64,000 nucleotides of DNA from Eledone cirrhosa (GCA_964016885.1 OZ024753.1:2480001-2544000), one strand, 5' to 3'; counted from the first letter of the stretch, positions 1 to 16,234 are shown. Numbers and translations are program-made. Notes: generated by a model not told the origin, from the sequence alone.

Positions 1-1163
1 TGTGCAATACATAATTGTTTTCTAAAATAGAGTAGTGGGTCGTGTAGTGTTATATGGAACGTATCAACTTGCTTCTCAAACCCCGTTGGAAATATTGCAT
101 ATAATATATTAATTACTAAAATTCTGATATTTTTCAAGAGTAACTAAATATCTAAACCCATATATTCCCTCTTCTCATTAGAAATTAGATATAACGATTT
201 TAATTCATTCTCTCGCGCCTTTTCTACGACTCAAGTCGACACTGAAGCTTTATTTATATATAATTTCGACGAACGACTCGATTTCGTTCCATACACTATT
301 ATTTGATACATTTAAAAGGTACTAGATTTTTTTCTAACTTCTTGTCTTGCTAAATACCATTATCTAGACATCTCTGCTTCCTTCGTTTTTTTACACTCAT
401 ACATCCACTTTATTAGATTTTTTTATCCTATTAGAAATCTTAAGCAAAGAAAAAAAATGAATATATTTTGAGAGTTATTAACAGTTCTTTTAGAATTCTT
501 TTGATATATTTTACAGACTTACCCACACCACAAGTAAACAATGGATTTCAATGTGTATGTTAATGATAATGGTGTTTACATAGATACGTTCCTTTCATGA
601 TTCTATTGATATTTCCGTCCATTTCAAGTTTTCTTTTAAACTGTCAATTCAATCGCTATATATTTTTCTATTTCAAAATGCTAGACTAATTGATAATGCC
701 TCGGTATTGAGTACTTACAGTCAGCCTTCCACAATAATTTAATTGATGCTACTAACTTAAAGATAAATATAAAATACTTTCGCAAACTTTTCCCCCCTAA
801 ACTAAATTAGATACTGTTTTCTCTGTAGCCCTGCATTTATCGTCTATAAATAATCATTAATTAGCTGCTAATGACTCGAATTCTTAGAAAGCTAAAACTC
901 TAATTATAAAAGCTGTATGAAGATATATCAAATAAATATAAAACAATTCTGTTTTAAACTTAATGAAACGTATCTTTTAAGGTGATCCTTAAAAATCTTT
1001 GTCTAGTTCTTTCTATTGAAATTGAATGTAATCAAATAAAGAGTTCAATTCTGTCTTAGGAAATTATTTGTTTAAATGCTTTGTTTACATCCAATAAGTT
1101 ATAGAATTTTATTTAATGTTCTTGAATCTGTAGCCCTTATCTCAGGAAGAAAGATATTTACGT

Positions 1164-4757
<3,594 letters not shown>

Positions 4758-4759
<2 letters not shown>

Positions 4760-5028
4760 TCATCATCATCATCATTTCATTTTTACGTCCATTTTTCCCT
4801 GCTTGCAAGGGTGGGACAGGAACTGATTCTGGCTTGATTTCTACAGCTGGATGCCCTTCCTAACACCAACCTCATTTACAGTGAGTGCTGGGTGCCTTTT
4901 TGCCGTGGCACCTCCACGACCACTTTACAGTGGAATGATATGGACCCCAGTCCCTATCGTCTCATTTCTACAGTTGAGTAAACTGGAGCAATCTGAAATA
5001 AAGTGTCTTGCTCAAGGAAACAACACAT
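4758..5028 (-). mobile_element. 5'-truncated CORE-type SINE with RTE-derived tail (family S1)
   Basis: Reverse complement of the 13190-13518 SINE from the CORE-like block (ccttgagcaagacacttta) to the (atg)n tail; tRNA head missing; flanked by TA arrays. Confidence 0.92.
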
Positions 5029-5616
5029 ATATATATATACATATACATATATATATACACACATATATATATATATACATATACACACATATATATATAT
5101 ACATATACACACGCATATATATATATTCATATACACACATATATATATATACATATACACACATATATATATATACATATACTCACGCATATATATATAT
5201 ACATATACACACACACACATATATATATATATACATATACACACACATTTATATATATATACATATACATATATACACACACATATATATATATACATAT
5301 ATATATACACACATATATATATACATATACATATACACACATACATATACATATATATACACACACATATACATATATATACACACACATATACATATAT
5401 ATACACACACATATATATACATATACATATATATATACACACATATATATATATATACATATATATATACACATATATATATACATATATATACACACAT
5501 ATATATATATACACATATATATATACATATATATACACACATATATATATATACACATATATATATACATATATATATATACACACATATATATATATAC
5601 ATATACATAAATATAT
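5029..5616. repeat. Compound (TA)/(CA) microsatellite
   Basis: Directly visible. Confidence 0.97.
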
Positions 5617-5932
5617 GATAGGAATTCACTTCGCCAAATTTCATTTCTTTGCCTGCTGTCCGAACGAAAATCATGTAAACGTAAGGTACAGACTTCATCT
5701 CTCTCTCTCTCATTTCGTATTTCAAGTCCAAATAGCCATTCTATCGCTAAAACAAACTACATTTTCTGTTCCTATTAAGTGCTAAATACGTTTAGGTTTT
5801 TGGACGTATTTAACTGAACAAATTTTGTATTTTTTTGTTAATCGCTTGTTAAATGCATAGACCTATCTCAATCATTACCTTCTTGCTAGCTACCCAACAC
5901 CCCTCCCTCCCACCCCCACACACCACCATTGC

Positions 5933-5997
5933 TATTACGTGGACCAATCATAAAACAGCCCCCACGTATCACCAGTATTATTACGCGGACCAATCAG
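5933..5997 (+). promoter_or_regulatory. Two CCAAT boxes in duplicated tattacgYggaccaatca units; candidate internal Pol II promoter of the LINE
   Basis: tattacgtggaccaatca (CCAAT at 5944) and tattacgcggaccaatca (CCAAT at 5990), upstream of ATGs at 6061 and 6121; resembles the NF-Y consensus. Confidence 0.4.
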
Positions 5998-6060
5998 AAA
6001 CCAGAGGCCTATACTATCGCTTGCCTGGTTGCCTTTCGATATACGATATATGATGGATGG

Positions 6061-9000
6061 ATGGACTGCGGAATCCTGGAGAGTGGAGGTGAGAGAGAAA
6101 AATCTGGACGCTCAGCGACAATGCCAAAGATAAAGACAAATTCACCCCTTGGACGAGAATGCGAGCACTCCTCATTGTTTCGACCGCGGACGGCTAACAT
6201 AACACCATCGCCCCCCGCCCCTCACCGCCCCCAACCCCCAAACGCAATCCAAAACTTCAGAGTTGGTACCATAAATGTAGGCACCCTAAAGGGTCGCGCT
6301 AACGAGGTTGTAGAAATGCTTGAACGTAAGGAGGTCGATGTTTGTTGTATTCAAGAGACCAGGTGGAGGGGTGGGTCTGCTAGGTTCATTGAGGGTAAAA
6401 AACGTTGTTATAAGCTTTTCTGGGTGGGAAACGACGATGGGCTGGGTGGAGTAGGAATCATGGTAGCAGAAAAGTGGGCAGATAAGATAATAGACGTAAA
6501 TAGAGTGAACGACAGAATAATTAAAATACGACTTGTCCTCAATAGAACTACGGTGACAGTAATATCTGCGTACGCACCCCAATCCGGACTGCCCGGCACT
6601 ATAAAAGACAGATTCTATGAGACACTGATGCTAACTACCTCCCAAATATCCGACAGTGACTATATAATTATCGCAGGCGACCTAAATGGTCACGTTGGAC
6701 AACATTGTGACGGCTACGACGAAATCCATGGAGGCTATGGGTTTGGTACTAGAAATGAGGAAGGCTCCAGAATCCTGGAATTCTGTGATGCAAATAACCT
6801 AACTATCTGTAACACTAACTTCAAAAAACGTGACAATCACCTGATCACCTATAGATCCGGGGAACACACAAGCCAGGTAGATTATATCCTTACCAGAAGA
6901 CGTGACAGAGTGTCTGTTGTTAACACTAAATCCCTCCCCCATGAAGAATGCACCTCCCAACATAGACTGATAATTAGCGACCTCATAGTCAGGACGAGAC
7001 GTACTCGACAACAGAAGAGGACTATCCTCAGGAGGAAAATATGGAAGTTAAAGGACCCCACAGCCAGGAATAAATTTCAAAGCATATTACTTGATGCTTT
7101 CGACAGTAAGGAAGAACATTTAGAGTCGGACAATATAGAGGGAGAGTGGGAATTTCTGAAAGCAAACCTGCTGTTGGCGACAGACGAGGTCTGTGGCTGG
7201 AGCAGGCCTGTAGGCAGGAGGAGAGTAACATGGTGGTGGAACAGTAAGGTGGAGGGGTCAATTAAGGCCAAAAAGCAGGCTTGGAAAGTATGGCGGGATG
7301 GGGGAAGTAGAGAGGACTATCAAGTGGCCAGGAGGGAAGCTAGGAGACAAGTGTACTTAGCAAGAAGGGAAGCTGAGGAAAGAAAGTTCAAGCATGTTCT
7401 ACAACGCGATGACCAAAAACGTGAGGTGTTCAGGATTGCTAGGCAATGCGTCAAGGAAAACCGTGATATTGTCGGGGAGAAGTGTGTACTAAACGACGAT
7501 GGCACACTTGCCATCACCGACGCTGATAAGAAGGTAGCTTGGAAGTGTCACTATGAAAGGCTTCTAAATGAGGAGAATAATTGGGAGAAAGGCAGTCTCC
7601 CCCATATCGACCAAATAGAGGGACCAGCAGTGTTAGTCGAGGGGAGTATAATAAGTAAGGCAATCAAGGATATGAAGACTGGTAAGGCGGCCGGGCCTTC
7701 GGAAATAGTTGCTGAGATGCTGAAGGCATCTGGCACGGTGGGACACACCATGGTCACCCGCATAGTTAACCAAGTCGTACAAAACGGGGTTGTTCCGAAG
7801 GACTGGCATGGCAGCATCATCGTTAACTGTTATAAGGGTAAAGGAGACGCCCTAGATAGGAGTAACTATAGAGGCATTAAATTAATCGACCAGGTCATGA
7901 AGGTCACGGAAAGAGTAATAGCGCAGCTAATCAGAGAGAGAATTGACCTAGATGAAATGCAGTTCGGGTTTGTGTCAGGCAAAAGTACCACAGACGCTCT
8001 TTTCATAGTACGACAACTACAAGAGAAGTACCTAGCTAAAGGTAAACCCCTCTACTTAGCTTTTGTCGACTTGGAGAAAGCCTTCGACAGAGTCCCCCGC
8101 TCCATTATCTGGTGGGCTCTTAGAAAACTAGGCGTTGACGAATGGCTTGTGAGGGCTATACAAGCCATGTATAAAGAAACAGTCAGCAAGGTTAGAATTA
8201 ACAACGAATATAGTGAAGAGTTTAGCGTAAAAGTCGGCGTCCATCAGGGCTCTGTTCTCAGTCCACTACTATTTATTATTGCCCTTCAGGCCATAACAGA
8301 GGAGTTCAAGACAGGCTGCCCATGGGAACTCCTATACGCAGACGACCTGACACTCATAGCGGAATCAATGGCCGAGCTAGAGAAGAAATTCCAAACATGG
8401 AAGCACGGCCTAGAGTCAAAAGGACTTAAAATTAACCTGGCTAAGACCAAAGTACTAGTTTGTAGGAAAGAAAACAAGGCGGCGGTCCCTTCTGGGAAAT
8501 GGTCGTGCTCGGTGTGTAGGAAAGGCGTAGGTAGAAACTCCATTTTATGTCCTAAATGCAAAGTATGGGTGCATAAAAGATGTAGTGGGATCACAGGTAG
8601 GCTAACTAAGAACATAGATTTTACATGTGGCCGGTGCTCTGGTGCAATAAGTAGCAGCAAGTGCCCACAAACTACTAGCTCTTTCAATTGCGCAGAGGGT
8701 TCTATAGAAATAGTGGACAGCTTCCGTTACCTGGGCGATAAAATCAGCAGTGGGGGAGGGTGCTCTGAAAGTACTGTAGCTAGAGTCAGAACTGGTTGGA
8801 AAAAGTTCAGAGAGCTTATACCACTATTAGCTGCTAAAGGGTTCTCACTAAAAATGAAAGGCAGGTTGTACGATGCCTGCATACGAACAGCAATGCTGCA
8901 TGGCAGTGAGACCTGGGCATTGTGTGCAGAGGATATACGCAGACTAGAGAGGAACGAAGCTTGCATGCTCCGCTGGATGTGTAACAGTAATATACGTGAA

Positions 9001-9291
9001 CGGCAAAGCATAAACGAACTAAGGAATAAATTAGAGATAAGAGGGATCAGATGTTGTTTACTCGAGAGAAGGCTACGTTGGTATGGACACGTGATGCGCA
9101 TGAAAGTCGATAGCTGTATAACAAAGTGCAGGGCAATAAAGATAGACGGTAGTCACGGAATAGGCAGACCTAGAAAAACCTGGGACGAGCTGATAAACTC
9201 CGACATCACACACTTACACCTCTCCAAGACAATGTCACTGGACCGAGACCTTTGGCGGTACTCAGTAACAGAGAAGACCCGCCTTACCTAA
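6061..9291 (+). CDS. RTE polyprotein: AP-like endonuclease + reverse transcriptase with inserted PHD finger
   Basis: APE motifs (GTINVGTL, CIQETRW, SAYAPQ, GDLNGH, DYIL, SQH); RT motifs (QFGF, FVDLEKAFD, GVHQGSVLSP, LLYADD with YADD at 8335-8346, FRYLG); RTE C-terminus ([22 protein letters not shown]). Start is ATG 6061 or 6121; the frame is open from 5929. Confidence 0.95.
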   Translation: MDCGILESGGEREKSGRSATMPKIKTNSPLGRECEHSSLFRPRTANITPSPPAPHRPQPPNAIQNFRVGTINVGTLKGRANEVVEMLERKEVDVCCIQETRWRGGSARFIEGKKRCYKLFWVGNDDGLGGVGIMVAEKWADKIIDVNRVNDRIIKIRLVLNRTTVTVISAYAPQSGLPGTIKDRFYETLMLTTSQISDSDYIIIAGDLNGHVGQHCDGYDEIHGGYGFGTRNEEGSRILEFCDANNLTICNTNFKKRDNHLITYRSGEHTSQVDYILTRRRDRVSVVNTKSLPHEECTSQHRLIISDLIVRTRRTRQQKRTILRRKIWKLKDPTARNKFQSILLDAFDSKEEHLESDNIEGEWEFLKANLLLATDEVCGWSRPVGRRRVTWWWNSKVEGSIKAKKQAWKVWRDGGSREDYQVARREARRQVYLARREAEERKFKHVLQRDDQKREVFRIARQCVKENRDIVGEKCVLNDDGTLAITDADKKVAWKCHYERLLNEENNWEKGSLPHIDQIEGPAVLVEGSIISKAIKDMKTGKAAGPSEIVAEMLKASGTVGHTMVTRIVNQVVQNGVVPKDWHGSIIVNCYKGKGDALDRSNYRGIKLIDQVMKVTERVIAQLIRERIDLDEMQFGFVSGKSTTDALFIVRQLQEKYLAKGKPLYLAFVDLEKAFDRVPRSIIWWALRKLGVDEWLVRAIQAMYKETVSKVRINNEYSEEFSVKVGVHQGSVLSPLLFIIALQAITEEFKTGCPWELLYADDLTLIAESMAELEKKFQTWKHGLESKGLKINLAKTKVLVCRKENKAAVPSGKWSCSVCRKGVGRNSILCPKCKVWVHKRCSGITGRLTKNIDFTCGRCSGAISSSKCPQTTSSFNCAEGSIEIVDSFRYLGDKISSGGGCSESTVARVRTGWKKFRELIPLLAAKGFSLKMKGRLYDACIRTAMLHGSETWALCAEDIRRLERNEACMLRWMCNSNIRERQSINELRNKLEIRGIRCCLLERRLRWYGHVMRMKVDSCITKCRAIKIDGSHGIGRPRKTWDELINSDITHLHLSKTMSLDRDLWRYSVTEKTRLT

Positions 9292-9752
9292 ATATATAGT
9301 AAAACCTACTCCAGCCAGTAGGCATCTCTAACAAATACACCCCGTCCCACCACCCCCACCCGATCCACACCACCCCGTTCTATGTAAAGTTATGTTGGTG
9401 CCGCGCCATCGAGGCCGAAACAAATGAGATCGTGTAGGTGTCACGACAAAAAAACACACAGTCCACGCTGTAATGTGGCCGTGTAGGCAACACGGTAAAA
9501 ACCTCCCAGACCCACACTGTAAATGTGGTTGGTGTTAGGAAGGGCATCCAACTGTAGAAAACCTGCCAGACAGTCCTATGCGAGCAAGACAATCACTCTT
9601 GCCTCAAGTGGGACTACCCCCGTCCAAACCCATGCAAGCGTGGAACACGGACGTTAAACGCTGATGATGATGATGATGATATATATATACACACACATAT
9701 ATATATATATATATACACACACACATATATATATATATATACATATATATAT

Positions 9753-9797
<45 letters not shown>

Positions 9798-10242
9798 TAT
9801 ATATATACACACACACATATATATACACACATATATATATATATACACATATATATATATATATATACACACACATATATATACACACACAGATATATAT
9901 ACACACATATATATATATATATACACATATATATACACACACATATATATATACATATACATATATATATACACATATATATACACACATATATATATAC
10001 ATATATATATACACACATATATACATATATATATACACACATATATACATATATATATACACATATATATATACACACATATATACATATATATATGCAC
10101 ATATATATACATATATATATACATATATATATACACACACACATATATATATATATACACACACACATATATATACAGACACATATATATATATATACAC
10201 ACATATATATATATATACACACATATATATATATATATACAG

Positions 10243-10310
10243 ATAACGAGGGAAAAGTGGTAAGGAACCAGGTGGACCATAACGCACCAAAGTACTCAAT
10301 ACTTGTTTCT
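10243..10310. repeat. 68-bp dispersed repeat unit, copy 1
   Basis: 67/68 identical to 12203-12270; 38-nt core matches the reverse complement of ~28933-28970. Confidence 0.9.
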
Positions 10311-10680
10311 ATATATACACATATATATATACACACACATATATATATATATACACACATATATATATATATATATACACACATATATATATATATACAC
10401 ACACATATATATATATATACACACACATATATATATACATATATATATATATACACACACATATATATATATACACATATATATATATATATATGCACAC
10501 ATATATATACACACATATATATATACACACACATATATATACACACACGCTTACATATATATATATATACACACACACACACATATATATATACACATAC
10601 AAATATATATAGACACACATATATATATACACACATATATATATACACACACACATATATATATACACACACACACACCC

Positions 10681-10713
<33 letters not shown>

Positions 10714-10823
10714 TATATATATATATACACACACATATATATATACACACATATATATATACATACACACATATATATATACACACACACATATATATAT
10801 ATATACATATATATATACACACA

Positions 10824-10865
<42 letters not shown>

Positions 10866-10914
10866 CATATATATATACACACATATATATATACACACAT
10901 ATATATATATACAT

Positions 10915-11322
10915 ATGGTGGCTGCCAACTCGTTTTTCGAGTATGGCCACAACTTTATATCCATGTAGGAGAACCCCTACCGATGCACTGAACAAGTGTG
11001 ACTTTTTAGTCCAGCCAGCGACTTGAAAACTCTGGTAAAAACACTACACTTGTGACAATTATTGACACATAGTGCTGGGCCCATGGTACCATGTGACGAC
11101 AAGTGCAGAGAGATCTCCAGATATAAAGCAATGCCTGTGCCGTGAAGCTTTTATAGTGAGCAAAGGCGCTGCACAAAGCCAGTCCCACTCTCTTAACCAA
11201 GATGATATTTACCAAAAAGAAGAACAAATCAACATCATTGGATACCATCAGGGTTGCAGGTGTTATATCAGAGTTTTCCTTCTCCTAGAATTCTGCCTTG
11301 ACAAAGGCTAAGGGATCATCAT
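10915..11322 (-). mobile_element. Short non-autonomous bipartite RTE derivative (5' UTR fused to C-terminal zinc finger and tail)
   Basis: Minus strand has ctaggagaaggaaaactctga (recalled as typical of RTE/BovB 5' UTRs), then encodes [25 protein letters not shown] (decayed C2H2-like), then a ctcg-aaaaa-cgag stem-loop tail; lies in (TA)n. Confidence 0.6.
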
Positions 11323-11331
11323 ATATGTATA

Positions 11332-11415
<84 letters not shown>

Positions 11416-11514
11416 GTAATAATAATAAAATTCAAGACTAAAATCCAAAGAGGGCTCGATAAGGATATGAAAGCAGCGATTCTTTGCTTAAACTTTAATC
11501 TGTTATTTTAATAA

Positions 11515-11554
<40 letters not shown>

Positions 11555-11556
11555 AT

Positions 11557-11609
<53 letters not shown>

Positions 11610-11630
11610 TATATATATACATATATATAT

Positions 11631-11693
<63 letters not shown>

Positions 11694-11700
11694 TATATAT

Positions 11701-11773
<73 letters not shown>

Positions 11774-11836
11774 TATATATATACACACATATATATATAT
11801 ATACACACACATATATATACACACACATATATATAT

Positions 11837-12019
<183 letters not shown>

Positions 12020-12202
12020 TATATATATACACACACATATATATATATACATATATATATACACATATATATACATATATATATATACACATATATATAC
12101 ATATATATATACACACATATATATATATATATACACGCACATATATATGTATACACACATATATATATATATATATACACACCCACACATATATCTATAC
12201 AC

Positions 12203-12270
12203 ATAATGAGGGAAAAGTGGTAAGGAACCAGGTGGACCATAACGCACCAAAGTACTCAATACTTGTTTCT
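12203..12270. repeat. 68-bp dispersed repeat unit, copy 2
   Basis: Same endpoints as 10243-10310, one mismatch. Confidence 0.9.
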
Positions 12271-12328
12271 ATATATATATACACATATATGTGTATATAT
12301 ATACACATATATGTATATAAATACACAC

Positions 12329-12359
<31 letters not shown>

Positions 12360-12386
12360 TATATATATACACACATATATATATAT

Positions 12387-12457
<71 letters not shown>

Positions 12458-12476
12458 TATATATATATATACACAC

Positions 12477-12547
<71 letters not shown>

Positions 12548-12562
12548 TATATATACACATAT

Positions 12563-12631
<69 letters not shown>

Positions 12632-12772
12632 TATATATATCCACATATATATATATATATACACACATATATATATCTATATATATATATACACACATAT
12701 ATATATCCACATATATATATATACACACATATATATATCCACATATATATATATATACACACATATATATAC

Positions 12773-12803
<31 letters not shown>

Positions 12804-13189
12804 CACACACATATATATATATACACACACACATATATATATATACACACACATATATATATATATACACACACATATGTATATATATATATACATACAT
12901 GTATCTGTGTGTGATTATATGTATTGTATAGATGAATTAAATATTCTTTAGATCCTAGTGGAGTTGTATGGCCTTGGAAGTTGTTTACATTCATTTTACA
13001 AATGTTCCTCCCGATCAGTTTAAAGCGCGTTCTTATTTTAATCTTTGTTGAGTAGCGTCAAATTTATTCAATTCGGGCTACTCACATAAAATCAATCACA
13101 AAATCTGACATATACATATGGGGACCCACACATCCATACACAGATATATATATAATGTATGCAAGCATCCATGCATAATATATATATAT

Positions 13190-13518
13190 GAGGCACATGG
13201 CTTAGTGGTTAGAGCATTGGCCTTGCAATCGAAAGGTTGTGAGTTCAATTCTCTGACCGGGTGATGTGTTGTTTCCTTGAGCAAGACACTTTATATCACA
13301 TTGCTCCAGTTTACTCAGCTGTAGAAATGAGATGATAGGGGCTGGGGTCCATATCATTCCACTGCAAAGTGGTCGTGGATGTGCCATGGCAAAAAAGCAC
13401 CCAGCACTCACTGTAAATGAGGTTGGTGTTAGGAAGGGCATCCAGCTGTAGAAATCAAGCCAGAATCAGTTCCGGTCCCACCTTTGCAAGCAGGGAAAAG
13501 CGGACGTAAAATGATGAT
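13190..13518 (+). mobile_element. Full-length tRNA-derived CORE-type SINE with RTE tail (S1)
   Basis: A box tggcttagtgg, B box gagttcaattc, CORE-like ccttgagcaagacacttta, block shared with the R-A 3' UTR, (atg)n tail; TA flanks. Confidence 0.93.
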
Positions 13519-14042
13519 ATATATATATGTGTGTGTGTATCTATTTATGTATGTATATATATATATATATATATGTGTGTATTTATTTATTTATTATTCT
13601 TCATTGTAGTCTCTGTATATTATGTTACATTTATACTGATATGCACTGAATATGAATATTATATTTCATAAGTTAAATGAGTAAATCCTATATAATGGCT
13701 TCATGCACATTAAATAAGAGCACATAGTTATGTAAATGTAAAGATAGCTTTAAATTATTTGAAAGTTTTATTTAACACTTTCTTACTGTATATTCTGTTA
13801 TAAATAGGGGCTCTCTGTTTAGTCAGGGAATGAAGCGTTGTGTATACGAACCCCTTAGAGGCCATTCTGCCTGGTGAGAGAGATGGCATAAAATATCTTC
13901 TGTCAAGACCCTTTCCTGAATGCTTGCAGTAGTTAGGATTCTGCTAAATGCAACTAAGAATATAAGTCTGCAAACCACATAGCCACTGGCGTGATTTGTA
14001 ATCTGATCGTATAGATCCAAAATAAATACTGTCTAACAATTT

Positions 14043-14482
14043 CACCAGGCTGATCATATGACAAGAAAATCTGACATTGTCGGAGGCCGTTCCAGCTGGT
14101 TTCCTTGAATGTTTCCTAACCTAGCATGAGTTTATCATTTCGAGCCAGAGACAATCTATGCAGTAAAAGCAACTCCTCCTCTCCTCTAAAGAAGGCCGAG
14201 GTCGTTTCATCTGCAGGGAAGCTGATGGTCTCAGTTGTTTGGGATGCAAAGGCATTGTGTTTATTGACTATCTTCAAAAGGTCCACACCATCAATGGAGA
14301 CTACTATGCCAACTTGCTGAGGTAATTATAAAAGACTATCAATACTAAACACCAAGGAAAACTGATGAAAGGAGCCTTGTTTCATCAGGACAATGCTCCA
14401 GCACACGATTCTTGGTTTCAATGGCTGCTGCATGTGACAGACTTTGAACTGTTTGATCACCCTCCCTATTCTCCTGATTTGG
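14043..14482 (+). mobile_element. Decayed mariner transposase fragment (catalytic region)
   Basis: Translates across frameshifts to SAGKLMVSVVWD, GALFHQDNAPAH and HPPYSPDL. Confidence 0.85.
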
Positions 14483-16234
14483 GCTGGTATATAATTTTAG
14501 CAAGCAGGAAATCATGAAGTTAATGTTGAACCCGGGAGGATTTTTATTCAGAGCCGGACAAAATACTACAAAGGCTTTTTTCTTTAAACTGTAATGACTT
14601 TACCTATTCATCACCTATCTCTGCCAATTCAAAATTAATAGAAACCAGAATAGTTAAATTACTCACGGAAATATAATCACTCTTATAACATCTGGAAACT
14701 GGTATACATTATACAATATATTTGAGTGTTTAGTGCAAAAAGATATTTGGAAATGTGTAATGAAACAGCCACCTCACAGAGCTCCCTCCACAAGTGGGCT
14801 GCTGTCTTTCTGATTTGACAGAGGAAATCAGCTGTGTGGTGACCAAAGAGACCCGAGCTCTTGACAGAGAGTGGTGCAAAGAGGAAGCAATCAGTCACAT
14901 GTCTGTATCTAACTACCTTTCTCTCCTCTGCATTGTCCTCTACCCCTTGATTTCTACAGAGCCCAAAAACATAAAACTAAAAACTACAAAAGAGATCAAT
15001 GCTTTAAAATTTTGCCTAAAATCACAGTATTAATGCCATAAATTCAAGCTACTGACAAAAAAATTAACCACAAAACATTTCCTGCTCAATAGTCGTCATT
15101 TTCTACGAGCATTTGGATGTATAGCTGAAACTTATGTCTCATAGTATTAAACAGATGAAAGCAAATTTCCATTTAGGGAGCTTGTCAAATGCATACTTCT
15201 TTCCCACTAGTTGCTCATTTATAAAACAAATTACATTAAACACAAGCAAATAACTAACACATGAATCAACAGAATACCAACAAACATGACCACACCACAT
15301 ATGCTACGTTATTCTATAAAATAGTTCACCTCTACACCTCAATGAAGTAATTTGATAGAATCTAAAATTAGGAGTCTGGTAGTCTGGTGTTTGAATATTT
15401 TAAGATATTTAATCCATAACACCTTGACAAGATGGAATCTATAGTTAATCTCTTATTCTTTTATTCTATTTTATTTCTGCTTTTTTTATTTCGCAGTATT
15501 ATTTTTTCAAGTTATTTAATGCAAATGTACAATGAAATTCCTGATTTCAGCTTAGATATGCTCACAATTTATTAGATTTTTAAAATAATTAGCTACCATA
15601 GCAGTAGACAGATTTCAGTATGTTTTACATTTAAATGATCTGATAGGAAACTGTCTTTTACTATGGAATTGAAATGCTTGAACTATATATTATATGAGAA
15701 CAAATCTCCAGCTAGCTATGTTAAATGAATTGTCTATTGTAGAGAGAATGAACTGTTGGTATTCTACTGGTCCTAGCTTATAACATGACAATTTTGTTAT
15801 TGAACAGCTGCAAATACCAAGACATACAAAAGGGGAAATACAATATAGCTGATAATTATATTAACTATCATGCAGTTTAATTTAGCTTGAAGAGGGAGAG
15901 CACTCATGATCTTTGTAAGATTCTAGCACTTGCAGGATTGCTGCAAATGATCTTCAGCTTGAACGTCCATAGGTTAATGTCCATAGGAAAAGTATGGGAT
16001 GAGATGTAATTTCATATGGCTGCAGTTCTATAGATGAACAATTAGATTAAGTGTTTAGCTGTATGATTTGCAGAATAAGATACAATAGAGATGAAAAAAG
16101 AAGGAAAAAGAGATGTATTAGATCAAATTTTGTAGATATAGTAAACGATATTCTGATTCACAGAAGTAGGCATCTTCTTCTTCTTCTTGAAAAGGTCAGT
16201 CCTCAAACCTTTTTTCCAGCAGGTCCTATTAGAA

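Larger units (their letters stand above)
5617..9680 (+). mobile_element. Apparently full-length, intact RTE-clade non-LTR retrotransposon (family R-A)
   Basis: ~450-bp 5' region, single uninterrupted APE+RT ORF, ~390-bp 3' UTR ending in (gat)n; TA arrays on both sides; near-identical truncated copies at 27390 and 44644. The 5' boundary is inferred from the array edge. Confidence 0.95.

Noticed and set aside
5617-5780. HDV-like ribozyme at the RTE 5' end
   Set aside because: Known in some RTEs, but no nested double pseudoknot could be identified by eye; needs a motif search.
13190-13262. tRNA gene
   Set aside because: A/B boxes are present but the acceptor and anticodon stems do not pair; it is a SINE head.
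13202-13441. Recurrent 79-aa MPFLTPT.. and 70-aa MSCSHRT.. ORFs
   Set aside because: Antisense readings of SINE and LINE 3' UTR copies; recurrence reflects repeat copy number.
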